From Octopus vulgaris (taxonomy: Eukaryota): a DNA stretch of 64,000 nt. Positions within the stretch are counted from its first letter, which is position 1; each line of letters opens with the position of its first letter. The stretch is from NCBI GenBank assembly GCA_951406725.2, contig OX597836.1, positions 9,796,001 to 9,860,000 of the forward strand, given 5' to 3'. Below, one piece after another: positions 63,775 to 64,000 of the stretch. Under the pieces are notes generated by a model that saw only the letters and a list, made by a program, of their open reading frames with translations, was not told the DNA's origin and made no database searches. Made by a program: the position numbers and the translations under genes.

Positions 63775-64000
63775 AATGTTAGGGCTAACTGTCAGTCATG
63801 GTTAGCATTTATAAGGAACATGGTGAACTCATTGATTCGAGCTTGCTTGACCCATCCTGCAAATACAGGTGAATACAATGCCACTGCAAATACAGGTGAA
63901 CAGTACACCTGTTTGCGACTACGCAAGCATCTAAAAGAACTAACAAAAGCATAGTGTATATTATGAAACTGTACTTGTTCATGGATGATGGCTAGCTCTT

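Noticed and set aside
1-64000. Conserved bilaterian miRNAs, rRNA, snRNA
   Set aside because: No recognisable matches on visual inspection; an Rfam/MirGeneDB search would be needed to exclude them

Overview
AT-rich eukaryotic DNA that is almost entirely non-coding. It is most likely from an octopus (coleoid cephalopod); this is inferred from the tRNA-derived SINE families and the extreme (TA)n/(CA)n/(GA)n microsatellite load. The window is dominated by five short retroposon families (labelled A-E here), non-autonomous Helitrons, piggyBac/hAT/Tc1-mariner MITEs, Penelope-like fold-back remnants with hammerhead-ribozyme motifs, a hAT transposase fragment and an R4/Dong-like LINE 3' end. Nearly all ORFs in the supplied track are microsatellite or repeat artefacts. 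Splice signals and U-rich tracts suggest an unidentified minus-strand transcript: non-coding 5' exons near 28.3-29.6 kb, candidate terminal exons near 18.5 kb and 9.6 kb, and U-rich 3' UTR-like DNA. The most interesting patterns are (1) SINE concatemers of 'headless' units joined at an invariant junction in two unrelated families, (2) a recurring class of fold-back mini-elements with hammerhead cores at (TA)n, and (3) tandem arrays built from SINE parts. No database searches were possible, so all family names are pattern-based.
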